The notes beneath the pieces are model-generated. The model had not been told where the DNA came from and did no database searches. It was given only the letters and a program-made list of their open reading frames with translations. A stretch of DNA of 64,000 nt from Lama guanicoe (lineage: Eukaryota): the NCBI GenBank assembly GCA_013239625.1, contig MU053881.1, positions 13,282,879 through 13,346,878 on the forward strand, in the 5' to 3' direction. Made by a program: the position numbers and the translations under genes. This document shows, piece by piece, positions 1 through 14,180 of this stretch (position 1 is the stretch's first letter; every line of letters starts with the position of its first letter).

Positions 1-869
1 CTGACTTTTTACACACTGACCCTCTGGGAGGACAATGACCTTATCTGATTAGAATAATTGAGAGGAACAAATTGGCCATCCTCAGTTTTGCTTCTTGTTT
101 TTTGCCTGTAAGCCAAGAATCTTCTCTGATCTTCCAAGGGTGTGTTCTTTTGCATCAGGCTAGTCTGGTGTTACCTGAGACGCAGAGGGAGAGTCAGCTA
201 ATTCTCGGCTTAGTTGACTCAGCTGGTTCTCCTAACTAGCTTATAGCCAGTCATGTAGACAAAGCTTTGACCTTCACCTGTCACTCCTGTTCATTTCCTC
301 CCTCTCCCTTTTTCTGGAACACATATGGAAAAGATGTGGCCTCTCAGAGACCTTGACATCTTCAGTGTGTCAGCCACTCTTCCAGATCTGGGCTGCAGTC
401 GTGACCCTGCCAGACAAAGGCTCTTCAAATCTAGTGGAAGAGACGTAATATAAACAGCAAGAAACAAATCTGTAAGACAATTGTATGACAATAATCTTAT
501 GAGACAGAGTATTACTTGAGGAAAGTTACTTCAGTTGAGTAGCAGTGGACATTTGAATTGGGTCTGAACAGAGAGAAATAGGCGTGGGGGAGGGGCGGGG
601 GGACATACCAGGCGTAGGAAGAGAAAGGGACAAAGATCTTAGCATGTTCAAGGACCGGGGAAAAAAAAAGCTAATATGACCGAAGAAAGGGATAGATGGG
701 GAAAATACAGGAACATTAGAACAAAGTGATAGGTACAAACATCTGTTCAAATGAAAGTGAAGGAAGATACACCATTTGATAAAATATCACAGGCGTGCTG
801 TTAGTTTTTAGGTGATCATAGGGAGATAGAGATTCAGCTCTCTTCCTTTTATATTTTTTATTTCACTAC

Positions 870-1030
870 TTTTTGGTTTTGTTTTGGGTGTTTTTTTTCT
901 TGGTGGGGGAAGGTAACTACATTTGTTTATTTATTTATCTATTTCTGTATTTATGGAGGTACTGGGGATGGAACCCAGGATCTCCTGCGTGCTAAGCATG
1001 TGCTCTACCACTGAGCTATACCCACCTCCC
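870..1030 (-). mobile_element. tRNA-derived SINE, camelid Vic-1-like
   Basis: Minus strand reads GGG..GGTATAGCTCAGTGGTAGAGCACATGCTTAGCACGCAGGAGATCCTGGGTTCCATCCCCAGTACCTCC (Pol III A/B boxes), followed by an (AAAT)n and A-rich tail. Confidence 0.85.
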
Positions 1031-2469
1031 TCACATCTTTTCTTAAAGTGAATTTTGAACGTTGAGGAGAATGAGGAGTTTGATTACTGAAACATTTAAA
1101 TGGATATTGTGTTTGTTTTTGTTGTTTTACTTAATTTTTCATGCCCAACCCTCATTCTCCATTCTCATTTTCAGATCTATCAACCTGTACAAAAATAAGA
1201 GGCTGCCCGGGACAGTTTGTCACGTAGCTGTGTAACACACACCCATGGTCTGAGAGAGACAGGGAGAGAGAGAGGGAAAGAGAAGAGAACCTACTGGAAG
1301 TTTGCAAAAGATAAGCAACTGACAGCTGGAAGTCACAATATCTGGGCTGTTTCAGGTCTGTCTCTGCCATCAATTGTGGATTTCAACCAGGCCACTTGAT
1401 TTCAGTTTCTTCATTTAGCAACAATCAGGAAAATCTCGACCCTTCCTTTCTCTCAGCTACCCCAAAGACTTCAATCCTTTCAATTCTATCTCCTGAAACA
1501 TTTCTTAAATTACTGCTCTTCCTCATTCCCATGCTAACTAGACAGAATCTTTGATTGCCCTCCTAGTATAGAAAACTATACTATTTGCCTCTTCCTCCAC
1601 ATTCACAATTTATAGAAGTTTAATACTGCAATGAAGAAAGCAGAGCGCAAAGAGGAATGATGAAAAGCAGGATTCAAGCAAGCAGCTCATTTACCTAATG
1701 AATAGCACAAAGCTCCTGTGAAGTTATTCATTCTAGGAACAGCTGGTTGAGAAAGGTGGAGTAAACACACTTAATTCTGCTGGGTTGACATTGAGTGGGA
1801 GCCAGGGCATTGAGCTACTTTTAAAAAAAAGCATACTATGCATGGATAGCGTAAGAAATATTTTATGTGATCCACACAGGGTTTTTTTTTAATAGATTAG
1901 ATGCTAAGATTTAAATGAGAGGAAATGTCACACAATTTTCAAATATTCAGGCTCTATTTAAAACGTGGAAGATCTGGCATAAAAGGTCTACGTTTTTGCA
2001 CGGCAGCAACTGTCTGACACTGAATAGAAGCCATCACCTCCGGAGAAGCTATGAGCACTTGTGACTTTGTTCATCTCTACCCTCCTCGCTTCATGAATTT
2101 ATATTGCCTGCCTTGCTGCTCTAGGCAGTGGTGTTTAGGTTTCATGACTTAAGCCAAGAGACTCCAGGCTGATGTCTCTCAAATAGCACGGTGCTTAGTT
2201 GAGGTAGACACGGCTCTGTGTACGTGGTCGTTACTTGTCCTGTGGTCATGCACAAATCCCAGATAAGCTTCAGTTCCCTCATCTGCAACAGGAGGATGGT
2301 AAGATTTGCCTCACGTGGCTGATATGCAAATCAAGTGTTTCAAATTATTTGAAAGCGCAGTGAAAAGCAATTTCGAGCTTTCTCCTCCACTATCGCTGAA
2401 GACAATTCAACAGGAATTGTAGGAGCAGGGCTGGCGTTTCTATTGTAAGCACTGGTGTAAAAACAGCAG

Positions 2470-3030
2470 CCATGGGCACCTATTTTGGAATGTTCCAGGC
2501 ATGCACACAATTTTCTATTGATGACAAGCTTGATTTTTTTTCTGTTGGAGAACAAATCCTTCCCTAACAACCATCCATTTGATTTGGTTTCGGTGGTACT
2601 GAATTTACTTTGGCTTCAGGAAGTTGTGTGACTCAGACTTGACCAGTTTAAAGCACTGCAGCCCTCTCCCTTGGCCCTCCCTCACATACAGAGAGTGGTT
2701 AGCTCAGGGGAGGGCATGCAGCCAAACCAGAACTAGAGGTGTAGATGGTGTAGCCATGGGCTTTTTTGTTTTGAGATGATTAAAAGAGTATTTTTCTCAC
2801 TCCTTGTCCTTGAGGTGGGACTGTCAGGAGCCACCTAGTGGACAAAGCTTGAAAGAAAGTGTACCTAGCAGGAGTCGAGCAAAACTGGCTGGAAAATGGA
2901 TAGACAAGAAAAAAGAAGACAGAAAAGACCTCATGACATTGTTTGAACATGAATTAAGTTGTTTTGTTTCTCAGTATGTTTTGTTATCATCTTTTTGTCA
3001 AGTTAAGGTGCAGGAATTTTCACTTTAGCA
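2470..3030 (+). mobile_element. Old MaLR LTR remnant
   Basis: aaatccttccc...gtgactcagacttgaccag...gacctcatgacattgtttgaac; degenerate MLT1 motifs. Confidence 0.45.
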
Positions 3031-3479
3031 TTCAATTTAATTTTAGTATTTATCTAAACTATTGAGAGAAGGGAGCGAATAACAGATTTTAAACAGTCTA
3101 GGTCCTTCTAGGAACTTTTCAGTGTCCGATTCAGAGAACAACCCTAAGGTTAAGACTCTTTGAAGACTCCTCGGTCTTTGCCACCTCAGCGTCAGTGAAC
3201 TGCATTACTAATCAGCCAACTTTTTGAACATCTGGGAAAATTTCAGTATGAGCTCTACATTTGATGACATGGAATTATTAATATTATTAGACATAGTAGC
3301 AATATGTTGATTAAACAGACAAATGCTCTTCATTCTTAAGTGGTGTGTGTTGGAGCATTTTTGAGATGAAGTGTCATGATGTGTACAAATTATTTAATTT
3401 TTTTAAAGAATCTGTGTATGCATCTTTTATCTTGGCAGATTACCTCTTCACCATGGTCAATTCCTATGCTTAGTTTTCC

Positions 3480-3860
3480 AACTCCAAAAGTGCTGGACTC
3501 AGACCTGACTATGCACCATCCTCTCTTTGTCAGACTGGTCAGTGCAGGAGGGACATGAGACTCAAGATCCATGAGACACATTCTCAGGACTTTGTCTTGC
3601 TAAATTTTGAGCCTATGAGTCAGGTGATGCCAACAACAGTTTCACCAGTTTACAGTGAGGGCCTCCATGGAAATGGAGCCAACACGGCAAATCATAATAG
3701 AGAAAATAGAAGCTGATGACTGACAACATTGTTTGATTCCCTGGATCCAGCCATGCTCAGTGTCTGCTTTGAATCCTCCATTTACACAAGCCAATAAATT
3801 CGTGTTTTTATTTCATCTAATTTGAGTTGGATTTTTGTCACTTGCAGCTAAAGGACCTCT
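3480..3860 (+). mobile_element. Old MaLR LTR (MLT1J/K-like)
   Basis: ctggatccagccatgc...gccaataaattc...tttgagttggatttttgtcacttgcagc, a typical MLT1 3' end. Confidence 0.65.
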
Positions 3861-6110
3861 TAACACCTTGACATTTAGCCTTCAGTCTTACAGTCCATTA
3901 TATGATTGACTCATGTCAAGTAGTCATCACTAATCATCCCAAAATGTAAGATCTTTAAAAGCATAGATCATCCACACCTACTTCTCTAAAATATCTCTCA
4001 TTAGAACTTTACATGCTATTACATAGCAGACCCTAAATATACGGTGGCTGCTAGTTAAGTATTTGTTGATTGCTGAGGGGTAAGTGTGGATGGTTGCTCT
4101 CTGTTAAAGTACGTTTGATCATGAACTAGTAACACAAGAGGAGCAGTCTGCACCTGGGGGAAATTTAAATACTTTCTATCTTCACCACTATCTTCACCAC
4201 AAGTCCAGCTTGGCTGATTTAATATTTTTTTTGCAGTCAAGAAGCATTAACATTCATAATAATTGCCCAAGAATAGTAACTTTACTGATATAATAGCTAG
4301 CTAATACTGACTGCATACTTGATGCCAGATATTCTGCTCGCTACTTCAAGTGCCTCATCTAATTTTATAACAACTCTGCGAGGTATATAACTTACTACTG
4401 TCTTCATTCTACAGAAGAGGAGTTTGGGGTTGATCACGATTAAAGGCTCTTCCTAGTGTTTTATAATGGTATTACTAGGACTCAAACCCACGTGGATTCC
4501 AAAGACTGAGCTTTGAAGTAAGTCCATGAATATTATTACAAGAGAACAGGAATTCAGTCACTTTCTCCAGTAGGGAAGATGCAGCTTGAAGACAAATCAT
4601 TCCAAAATTCTTTCACGTCTGGTAAAAAATCTATCTAGCACTTTTTGAACAGTCTAGAGAAATACTAAAATCCAATTTTTATTTATATATATATTTGCTA
4701 CAACAACAACAAAAAAACAAACCCCCTGAATCAAACAAGTTTTCTATTCTGTTTTGGCAAACATTGGGAAGACATAGTTTTTCAGAAAAGTGTCTTGGTT
4801 AAATTATTCAAATCACTGCTTTTCATATCTCGAGAGCACCACGTTGCCCTCATGTCCTTTCCATGGCACGAACTTATATAGAGTGGGAGTTCATTAGTTT
4901 GCTGATGGATTAGAAACATCTGTGGGTGTGAGAGATTGCTCATCTAGAAAGGACAAAGTAAAATACTATTAATTCTTTATTAAGGAAAACAAGTATCAAC
5001 ATTTCCAGAAAAACTGATATATTTATCCAGCTAACTAAATTTATATTCACTAAATATATTGGATGCTACTCCTTATGTAAGATTTAATATATGCCTCTGT
5101 GATTGGCTTTTTAGAGGTAAGTAAACATTTTGTTTCATTTGTTAACACCTAAGTATATATTCTTTTCTAGGGGGAATTTAGTCCAGTTTACTTGCAACAT
5201 GTATTAGTTACTTGACCTTGAAGAATGATTACATGATAGAATGATTATATAGAAATCAAAAATATTTTCAAATTAAAACTGAAAAAAAGAAAAGAAAAGA
5301 AAACAGACTTCTAGACCCAGGAAAGTTTACTCTGAGATATTTTAAGAACTAAATCTTATTTTCCTTCAATTTCTGTAAGGAACAGTTGGTTCTTGAAACA
5401 GAAAAGTAAAAAGATGGTCTAAAACCTTTTTGAATCTAAAAAGGTCAAACTTGATTGTATGGAGTTATTTTTAGCTGTGCTTTGTAATATCTTCAGCAAT
5501 CAAGAAGAGAGAAGATTTATGCTCTTACTCTGTTCTCGGAGGATACAAAGATCAAGACCTGGTATTCGACTTTTATGATTAATTACAGTGTAATATGTAT
5601 TTATAGTCTCTTCTCTAATAAGTATTCATAATGAAAATAATTTCCAGAGCCCAACCAAAAGAGTCAAAAATGAAAAATACTGGGAGAAAAGGATCTATAG
5701 TCTGTTTAACTTATCATAAATTGACTTTTGGTTGTAATACCAAAGCAAAGCATTTCTTAACAAAGCTTAGACAGATTACGGATTCTTTAACTATGTAATT
5801 AAACCTATTTCATAGTCTAAGGTCTGGACAAAGCCAGACTCTGGAACAAAGTAAGACAGTCAACACTGTAGTAAGGATAAAGGCCACAGAAAATCTGATT
5901 AAAGGAGGCTTTTAATACATTGATTTTAAAACTTTGTAGGGCATGAGGCAAATGCCAAAAGAAGATGCGTTCTGTGAGTATGAGCCTTGGATAAAAGGAT
6001 GGTGACTTGAGGGCCATGTGTACCTCTGATGGGGTAGGTATTTATGAGTAGGAGGAACAACATTATTTCTTTACAAAGAGATCTGTATTCTTTCAAAACA
6101 GCCAGTGAAT

Positions 6111-6260
6111 ATCTTCAGGAGTTGACCAGTAACTCCACTGTGAATGTAAGAAAACCTAATTGGAGGACCCACTGGAATGAAGATCTTCAGGAGTTGACTA
6201 GGCTCCAGATCCAGTAACTCCACTGTGAATGTAAGAAAACCTAATTGGAGGACCCACTGG
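6111..6260. repeat. Local tandem duplication (65/78 bp units)
   Basis: atcttcaggagttga...ccagtaactccactgtgaatgtaagaaaacctaattggaggacccactgg occurs twice (6111-6175, 6183-6260). Confidence 0.95.
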
Positions 6261-8069
6261 CCAGGGTGTGGGTCAGAGATCCAGGCTAAGTAATACATAC
6301 ACGAGAGCAAGTCTGGAAACTGCCCAGAAGCCAACCAGACGAATCACTGAATCCAACCAGTGGAAATTGATTTTACTGAATTTTGCGGGGTTTAAATTAT
6401 TTCATACTCTAGGGACACATTTTCTTTTAGTTAAAACGAAACCTAATAGAGTAGAAATCAAAATAGCTAAAAAAGTAGATAAAAGTATTTGTTTTGTAGA
6501 ATTACTTACTTTTATTTTCTTGGAATAGCTGAGTTCTGTAATATCATAATATTAGACTCATCAAGTAAACTCAATTTATTCACAAAAAAGTAAACACCAA
6601 TTTTCAGAACCAAGTCTATTACCTAATTAATAACTGGTAACAGTGAGCAATGCATATGCAAAAGGCTCTGTTTTAAGCAAATAACATGAGTGAGTGATAC
6701 AATCATCACCCTGAGAAGTGGATACCATTATTTCTCCAACTTATTCTCCACAGTGAGTTTGGGAGCCGTAACCAAATACTTCCCCCATAAGTGGCAGGAG
6801 TGAGCCCAGCTCCCAGGCCTGTTCCGGAGCCCATGTCCTTAACCATGACACTGCACTGTTAAAAAATGTTTTGTTTTGTTTTGTTTTGTTTCTAACATTT
6901 GAGAGAGTTGCTTCTACCCAGCTGGTGTTTGCTAAGGGGAAAAATATGTTATAGAATACAAAGAAATTTAGCATCTTCTCAAGATGACTGTGAAAGTCCA
7001 AATTATCTAGATATTTACCATTCCGCTCGCTAAATCTCTCATCCTTTATGTCAAAACATCATCATGAACCTCTTGCAAAATCCATCTAACTGGTATCTCT
7101 GCTTTCAGTCTCTTCCTCAGATAATTTATTATCCATACAGCCACAAGAAGGGGTCTTTTAAAATGTGATTTTTATGATGTCATTCCAAGTTTAAAGTTGT
7201 TCATGGCTTTTCACTGCACTTTGTATACTGTCTGAGTCAATTTCCTTTTCCAGCACCACCCCTTGTCCCATTAACCCTCCTTCAATATTGTCCTGGAATA
7301 CTGACTTTCTTTCTTTTCCTCAAAGACTCCAAGATCCACCCCCATCCTCCAACTTACTGCTTTTCTTTCTGCCTGAAACATTATTACATTCAAACTCACT
7401 CACTTCTCCAGTTCACAATCATATTCAAATCCACAAAGGACTAGCTTTTGTTCATCTTTCAGATCTAACCTTAGATAATATCTCCTATTTCCCATTCTCA
7501 GTGTTATGCATGCACAGTTCCTCAAATGAGCAGGAGTTTTCAGGAAGGCAGGTCCACAAGCATCTCATGTAATGGTCATGCCTCCTCACAGAGAGAGGAC
7601 GGCCAACTCAAGATTTCCCACAAGGACACCTCTTTCTCAGCGCTCATTTCTCCAGCCTCCTGGCTGGCTCACCAATAGTCGGTTTGCAACCTTGCGAATT
7701 TTCTGGGTGTAATCTAAAACTGGCCCCTGTCCACAGAGGACAAGGAAAGACCAAAGAAAAGAGGCAGACGACTCCACGTTGGTAAGTGGCTGTTTGAATA
7801 AGCATATGAGGTGATCACAAGTGGAGTAACTCTCCACACCTTTCCGCCAGAATCATAAAACTTCATACTGAGGCCTTAATGGAGTTCAGTCACATACACC
7901 GTTCTGATGTTCTCAACAGTAACTTACTCTCTCAAGACTGTGTCCTAGTGTGGGAATGGTGGCCAGAGCATACATTCCAAGGACAGGAGGGGTGGTCAGG
8001 GGTCTCCAAAGGCTCGGGTCCAGCTCATGGCTCAACTGGCAGTCACATCGTCTGGATGACTTCCTCCAA

Positions 8070-8670
8070 CACAATAGAACCCTTGGGCATTTATCCCAGA
8101 AAAATTAAAATGTTTATCTACTTACAAACCTGTACAAGACTGTCATAGCAGCCTTATGGAATAGTAAAAACATGGAAATGACCAAAATGCCTTCAGTAGG
8201 TGAAACAAATTGTATTATATCCATTATTTGGAATACTATTCAGCAAGAACAAGGAACACATGACTTCACTCTTGCTGAGTGAAAAAAGATAATCTCAAAA
8301 AGTCAAATACTCTAGGATTTCATTTATACAATGTTCTCCATATTCTAAAATTATATAGAGGAAAATAGATTGGTGGTTACTGTAATTTGGAGATAGTGGA
8401 GGAGCTGGGGTGTGACCATAAAATGGTGCTACTAGGGAGAGCTTTGTGGTGCTCAAAGAGTTCTGTGTCTTAATTTCGGCAGTGGTTACACAAATTACAC
8501 ATGTGATAAAATGATACAGAACTATATACACACATGAAGTTCCTGGCTTTAATATTGTACTATTTAATGTAGCCATTAGGGGAAACTGGGTAAAAGGCAC
8601 ATTGCACCTCTCTGTGCTATTTTTCAACTTTCTGTGAATCTATATTCATCTCAAATAGTTAAAAAAAGAA
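8070..8670 (+). mobile_element. Old L1 (L1MC-like) 3' end
   Basis: cttgggcatttatcccagaaaaattaaaatgt...ggaatactattcagca...ttctgtgaatctatattcatctcaaat plus an A tail. Confidence 0.75.
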
Positions 8671-9419
8671 GCATTAGGGTACATGTAGTTGAGGGGAAAT
8701 ACTGAAACATTTAAAATGTAAATTGAAAACATCTGAGGGTAGAGGGCACACTACTATGATTCATGTAATCCTTGTAACTAAGAAATCCTATCATGTTTTC
8801 TAGCAAGAAGGTTTCTAGCAAAAGCAACGGAAGAACGCTCTTTCCAAAATTTTGGTTGGAGTAGAGGTGTTGACGTTTGAACACAGTTATCCTTTTGTGT
8901 GTATTTCTTTTTAATAAATTCAAAAGACCTACATTTTTCTCCCAGATGTTTGATTTTCTAATACATGTCCATTCAACCTCTAACGTGACTAATATTTAAT
9001 TAAAGATGTTCAGTAACGCAGCCTTGTTAAATCTGAAGTTAATACCACAAAGCACACTTTAAGTTGGGGAGGACTGTGTAATGGTTACTAGGCAGCATGT
9101 AATTTTGGTGAAAGAAAAAAAGATGATAAAATAGTACAAATTAAGCTAGTATCAGACAAGAAAAAAAATCTAATTAAAATCCAGTGTACCAGAAAGTAGT
9201 TCAATTAATACCAACTTATCTACTGTGGTTTTTAGCTCCAAGTAAATTTCCAATGATATGGAGTAAATCTTTTATTACATCATTTTTCTAGTTCAGCAGC
9301 TGTTCCATTTACACTTAAATTTACTGTACACTCTTGACCAAACATCCCCTGGACACTTGAAACTTGGGCTTTTCAGCATTTGATATTCAATAATCACTCA
9401 ATCTTGAAACTTACATTCA

Positions 9420-10060
9420 TTTACTCATTCAGAATGTCAAACAAAGTGTGATGTTCCTACTGAGCATGAAGCGCAAAATAATAGATAAAAAAAGACTTGG
9501 CCCCTGTCCTCAAGGGGCTCACTGTCTGGTGGGGAAAGACAGAGAGATAAAAAGGCAGTGTGATAAGGACTACGATGGGGACATACAGGGCACCACAGCA
9601 GCACATGGAGGGTCACCTGACAAACGCTGGCAGTAGCGGAGGAGAGGAAGTGATCACTGGACTGATACTGAAAGATCAATCAGGATTTCCATATGCAGAC
9701 GACTAGGAAAATGTGTTTCAGGCTGAGGGCAGAGCATGCATGATGGTCCAGAGCCAAAAGCCTTACCAGCAGCGGGAACTTACTGCCATGTCATAAAGAG
9801 GAGGGTGAGATCTGGTTGGCTTGGAGTTAAGAAAGAACAGTACCATCGGAGCCTTTGTGGGTGACGGCAAGATCAGCGTGATGAGGTAGAGCCCGAGTGC
9901 TGTGTTAAGGTGAGATCCAGGCTAGAAAGGACAATACCAGTGGGAACGAAAGAGCCTCATGGTCTCGTGAGATGGTTGAGGAAGAATCAACAGGACATTA
10001 CGGATGTTTAGATATGACTGAAGAGGCTTAACAGATTTCAAGGATGATGTTCAGATTTTT
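9420..10060. mobile_element. L2 3' fragment
   Basis: cattcatttactcattc terminus then ggcccctgtcctcaaggggctcactgtctggtggggaaagac, typical of L2. Confidence 0.65.
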
Positions 10061-10299
10061 TTGTTATGGTATCCGCTATGTCCACTGGTTTGATGGGCAA
10101 ACTCAGATTATTCATGAAGGACGGAGAAGTAACATTAGTCATTTTTGGAAACAAGTGAGCAATTTTGCACATGTATGTACACACATGTATATGGGGCATG
10201 AGCAAAACAGACAGAGGTAGACAGTATTTTGTTATTCACTTGACAGCAGATAGTTGGAAAACAAGAATTGCAAATGAAGGCTGTGGGAAGGTCTATAAA

Positions 10300-10540
10300 G
10301 GACCAGCTTTGTTCTTACCGCTTTATTCTTGCTAATGCACTTGTCTCCTCACTAAGCCTGAGATTTTTTTGTCTGAGAATGTTCACTGACTATAGGAATG
10401 TGCAGAGTCTGGACACGAACAAGCTGGAATTGCTAAAAAGTTAATGCCCTAGAATTACCCTCAACCAGTGAGGGACAGAGCTGATGCAAAAATGAACCAC
10501 CTCCCAACCTCTTTGGTGGGATCAGGAAACTTAACAACGT
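10300..10540. mobile_element. ERVL LTR16-like remnant
   Basis: aagctggaattgctaaaaagttaatgccc...accctcaaccagtgagggacagagctg. Confidence 0.45.
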
Positions 10541-13500
10541 ACACTTAATTAGAGCCAAATGCCTGGCACAGACCAAAGACAAATATAAAACCATTTATAC
10601 TACCTAAGAGGAGCCATTAGCTTCTCTTTCCTTTTTAAAAATATAAGAGCAGGCATGCGCATGATGAGATTAGTAGAAGTGCGTGAGTTCTGTGTTGAAG
10701 GGGCCAGTAACCCCCCTTCACGCACGCACAGGAGCTGAACTCTTTGCTAAGGCTTGTACTTCAGTTCTGTTCCATCGGGACTGTAATTTCCACTACTTGT
10801 TTGGTTCATTCTCTTTACCCCCAGGCTTCTAAGATACGTCTGGTCCTTCTCCAGAAGCAGGACTCTTCCAAAACCGTCATTTCTTGTTCGGACCAATTAA
10901 GTCCCTTTCTGTTGATTTCTCTGTAGCCAGGGTTCTGATCTCCCAGGCTCTTGAATATGTTATTATTTCTTCAATCAGGTGATGCTTCCTCTTCTAGCGA
11001 CGGCTTTTGCCTGCTTCCCAGCATCACCGGGCCTCCACTCAACACGGTGGGTTCCTGGGCAAGCTGTGCCAGGCCTGGGCGTTTATCTTCCTACTCACGT
11101 GTAAGTCGAGAGCAGAAGTACCCTGGGTGCCTTAATTACACAGCATGCATAAGCTTATGGGGTTTTTCGATTTGTTTTTGTTTGGAATCTCTTCTTATGG
11201 ATCTGCTTGCATGGTTATTGAAAAACAGATTTTAACTTAATTACCTGACGTTAATCTGTGAATCCGAAAACTTGCTTTTAGGAATTTTGAAGCTTAGCTT
11301 AAGGAACTTTAAACATCTACTCATGGCCAATCTGAGCTATCAAAGAATGAGACAATAATCACTGGAAAAAACAGAATCAGACAACTCTTAGTATCACAAT
11401 GAAAGGAATAGTAACAAGTTATTTTCTTCCAGTTTCTCTTCATGTTTCCTCATTTGATTATTAGAGTGAGGAAAAATGACACAGTGGAAGAGATCTGGGG
11501 AAAAAAAATCTTTGTAACATTTTTGAATAATAATTATTGCCATTTGACAAAGCCATATTTCTCCCTTTACTGTGTAACTTGAATAGGTTACACAATTTTC
11601 CAATTTAGTTACATCACAATTATTTAGAAATAAATTAGATAAGTTATATAGCAAATTCTTAGAACAGCCCCGTACCTGGTAAGAGCCGAAAATATAGTCG
11701 TTATAATTGTATAATAAGAGAATCAGAAATAAATTATTCAATTACATTTGAGTAAGAATTTGAGTAAGTTATTCTGTGCTTAACTGGCTTCTCAAGTTTC
11801 TACCATTTCTTTTGCCTAACTGTGATTCCTCCAGCCCCATCTCTTAAGTGCTCAAGAAAAACAGACTTGCTTTGTTGAGCGAATATGTTCGAAGAGGCCA
11901 TCTTTGCATGTATCAACAGAACTGAAACAGTGTGTAGATTCTGAGATGCATACTTTAAAAAAAAAGACATTTTGCATTACATGGAGAGGAAAAGGGCAGA
12001 AAATGCACATATGCTGGTTATTAAAGTTCAGTGTGTTTGTAGCACTGTGAAAATGACTAGTTTCTGGGGCTCGCCAAGTTAAACCCAGCTGGGCCAAATG
12101 CTAGAGCTCCTCCTAATGGAAGTAACTGATGAAGGTGGGACATTGTTAGTCTATACTCCTAATGTCTAGGCGAGTAACTGGCGAAAGCCAGACACTCTTC
12201 CTGTTTGCAGTCAGCTGAATGGTTCAGAGCAAGACAAACATTTCTTCTGTAATATTAGGGAAAAACCAGTTCTAGCTCCAATGATGAGGAAAACTGCTCA
12301 GTTATTTCTCTGGGTACAGAAACACAACTGCTTTTAATTGAAAGAGAGCTGATTGAATGTCATCTTAAGATAATCATGAACATTTGCTCAACTAAGTCAT
12401 TCCATAGCAATTCATGCACAAAAAATTCCTTTGCAAAATAAAATTTTAAAAAATCTGTATTCAGAAAGTATACACATTCAGTTTATACCATTGAAGATCA
12501 TCCTGTTAAAGTGGATATGGGGCTCATAATAAAGCTGCAGGATTTCCTGTCCTACTTTTTAGAGCTAACACATGTCACCACTTGTTGCCTCAGTAAGAGA
12601 GGCAAACAGTCTCAAGCTGATAAACTATTTCTTTTCCCGACAAGTATCAGGGATATTATTTGCAGTTAATGAAATGACATATCTAGATTTCTCATCTTTG
12701 TAGATAAGTATTTTTATCCCCCTAATTAATTCACATGCTTTTGTGTTTTTTTTTTCTTTTAAAGAAGAAAGTCATCTTAAAGTATTTTCTAAATAAATTG
12801 CTTTAAGGAAATAAAAAGGAAGGGCTTATTACAATCCTATGAAATATCCTTAAATGGCTATTCCTGGCAGATATGTACAAAAGGACAGCCACCAAAAATA
12901 AGGTGACAATCATTTACATTATATATGATGAATAAATATGTATTTTATCCAAATTTTATGCTCATTGCTTTTCCCTTCTTTATTTACAATTACAATATTA
13001 CAATGTTGACCACAATGCAGAAATCAAAAAGGATGACATAATTTAGGAGCAAGGACTTTATCTGAGAAACTACTGAGAGCTGTATAATGTTAATGCATGC
13101 ATTTAAGCTATGTGTCATCTTGGAAAGGGCTTATCTGATGGGTTCTAATTGAGAATGAAGTTTCCTTCTTTAGGATAAAACAGGCACCCATTCAAAGGTG
13201 GAGATACTCAATCTATTTCATCTTTCACAAAGAATTTATATCAATAATGGATAATAATTCTTGATTCTGGATCCAAGAAAGGCCAAAATACTGACACCAA
13301 ATTTTTAAATGTCTACTTGTTAATTTCAAGAGGTCATAATCTCCAGGAACCAAATGTCAGTGGCTGTGTCTTCATATACTCTTCTTTCCTTTTAGGGGAG
13401 GACCAACTAATGAGAAACTAACTGACAGCAACCAGTGAATATTTTGATTATTACAGATTAAATAAATATCAATGTTAAACATTAGATAAAACGTTAACTT

Positions 13501-13756
13501 GAATTTTGGAATTATAAAATAACAGAAATATAACTGTTCCTTCAGGGCAGGGACCATTTCTTATGAGTCTGTGTATTACTGACGTTTAACGTGTACCTAA
13601 CACACAGTATATATGCTATAGAGATTTACTGTATGAGTGATATATGGATGAATGGATTCAAGTTAGACTGGGTTCCATTTCTAAGCTTTTAAATTTAGGG
13701 AGACTAGACTATTGAGAAAGGCTTCATATTTTTCTCTGATTATTAAAAATGTAGTT

Positions 13757-14180
13757 TTTTGTTTTTTATTTTTATTTTATTATTTTTTAATTGAAGTATA
13801 GTCAGTTACAATGTGTCAATTTCTGCTGTACAGCACAATGTCCCAGTCATGCATACACATCCATTTTCATTTTCATATTTTTCATTAAAGATTATTACAA
13901 GATACTGAACATAGTTCCCTGTGCTATATAGAAGAAACTTTTTTTGAAATCAATTTTTATATATAGTGGCTAACTTTTGTAAATCTCAAACTCCCAAATT
14001 TATCCCTTCCCACTCCCTTTCCCTGGTAACCATAAGATTGTTTACTATGTCTGCAAGCCTGTTTCTGTTTTTGTAGATGAGTTCATTAGTGTCCTTTTTT
14101 CTTTTTCTTTTCTTTTTTTTTTTTTCAGATTCCATATATGATATCATATGACAGTTTTCTTTTTCTTTCTGGCTTACTTC
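13757..14180 (-). mobile_element. 5'-truncated lineage-specific L1 3' end
   Basis: T-rich tail then ttgaagtatagtcagttacaatgtgtcaatttct...ggcttacttc. Imperfect TSD aaaatgtagtttt/aaaatgaggtttt. Highly similar to the copies at 30445 and 36615. Confidence 0.85.

Noticed and set aside
955..1030. tRNA-Ala-like sequence (also at 52795 and 57080)
   Set aside because: Followed by SINE tails (with a TSD at the 52.8 kb copy) and diverged in the stems; these are SINEs, not tRNA genes.
6111..6260. Direct repeat as possible CRISPR or LTR pair
   Set aside because: Only two adjacent copies with a 7 bp spacer; a simple local duplication.
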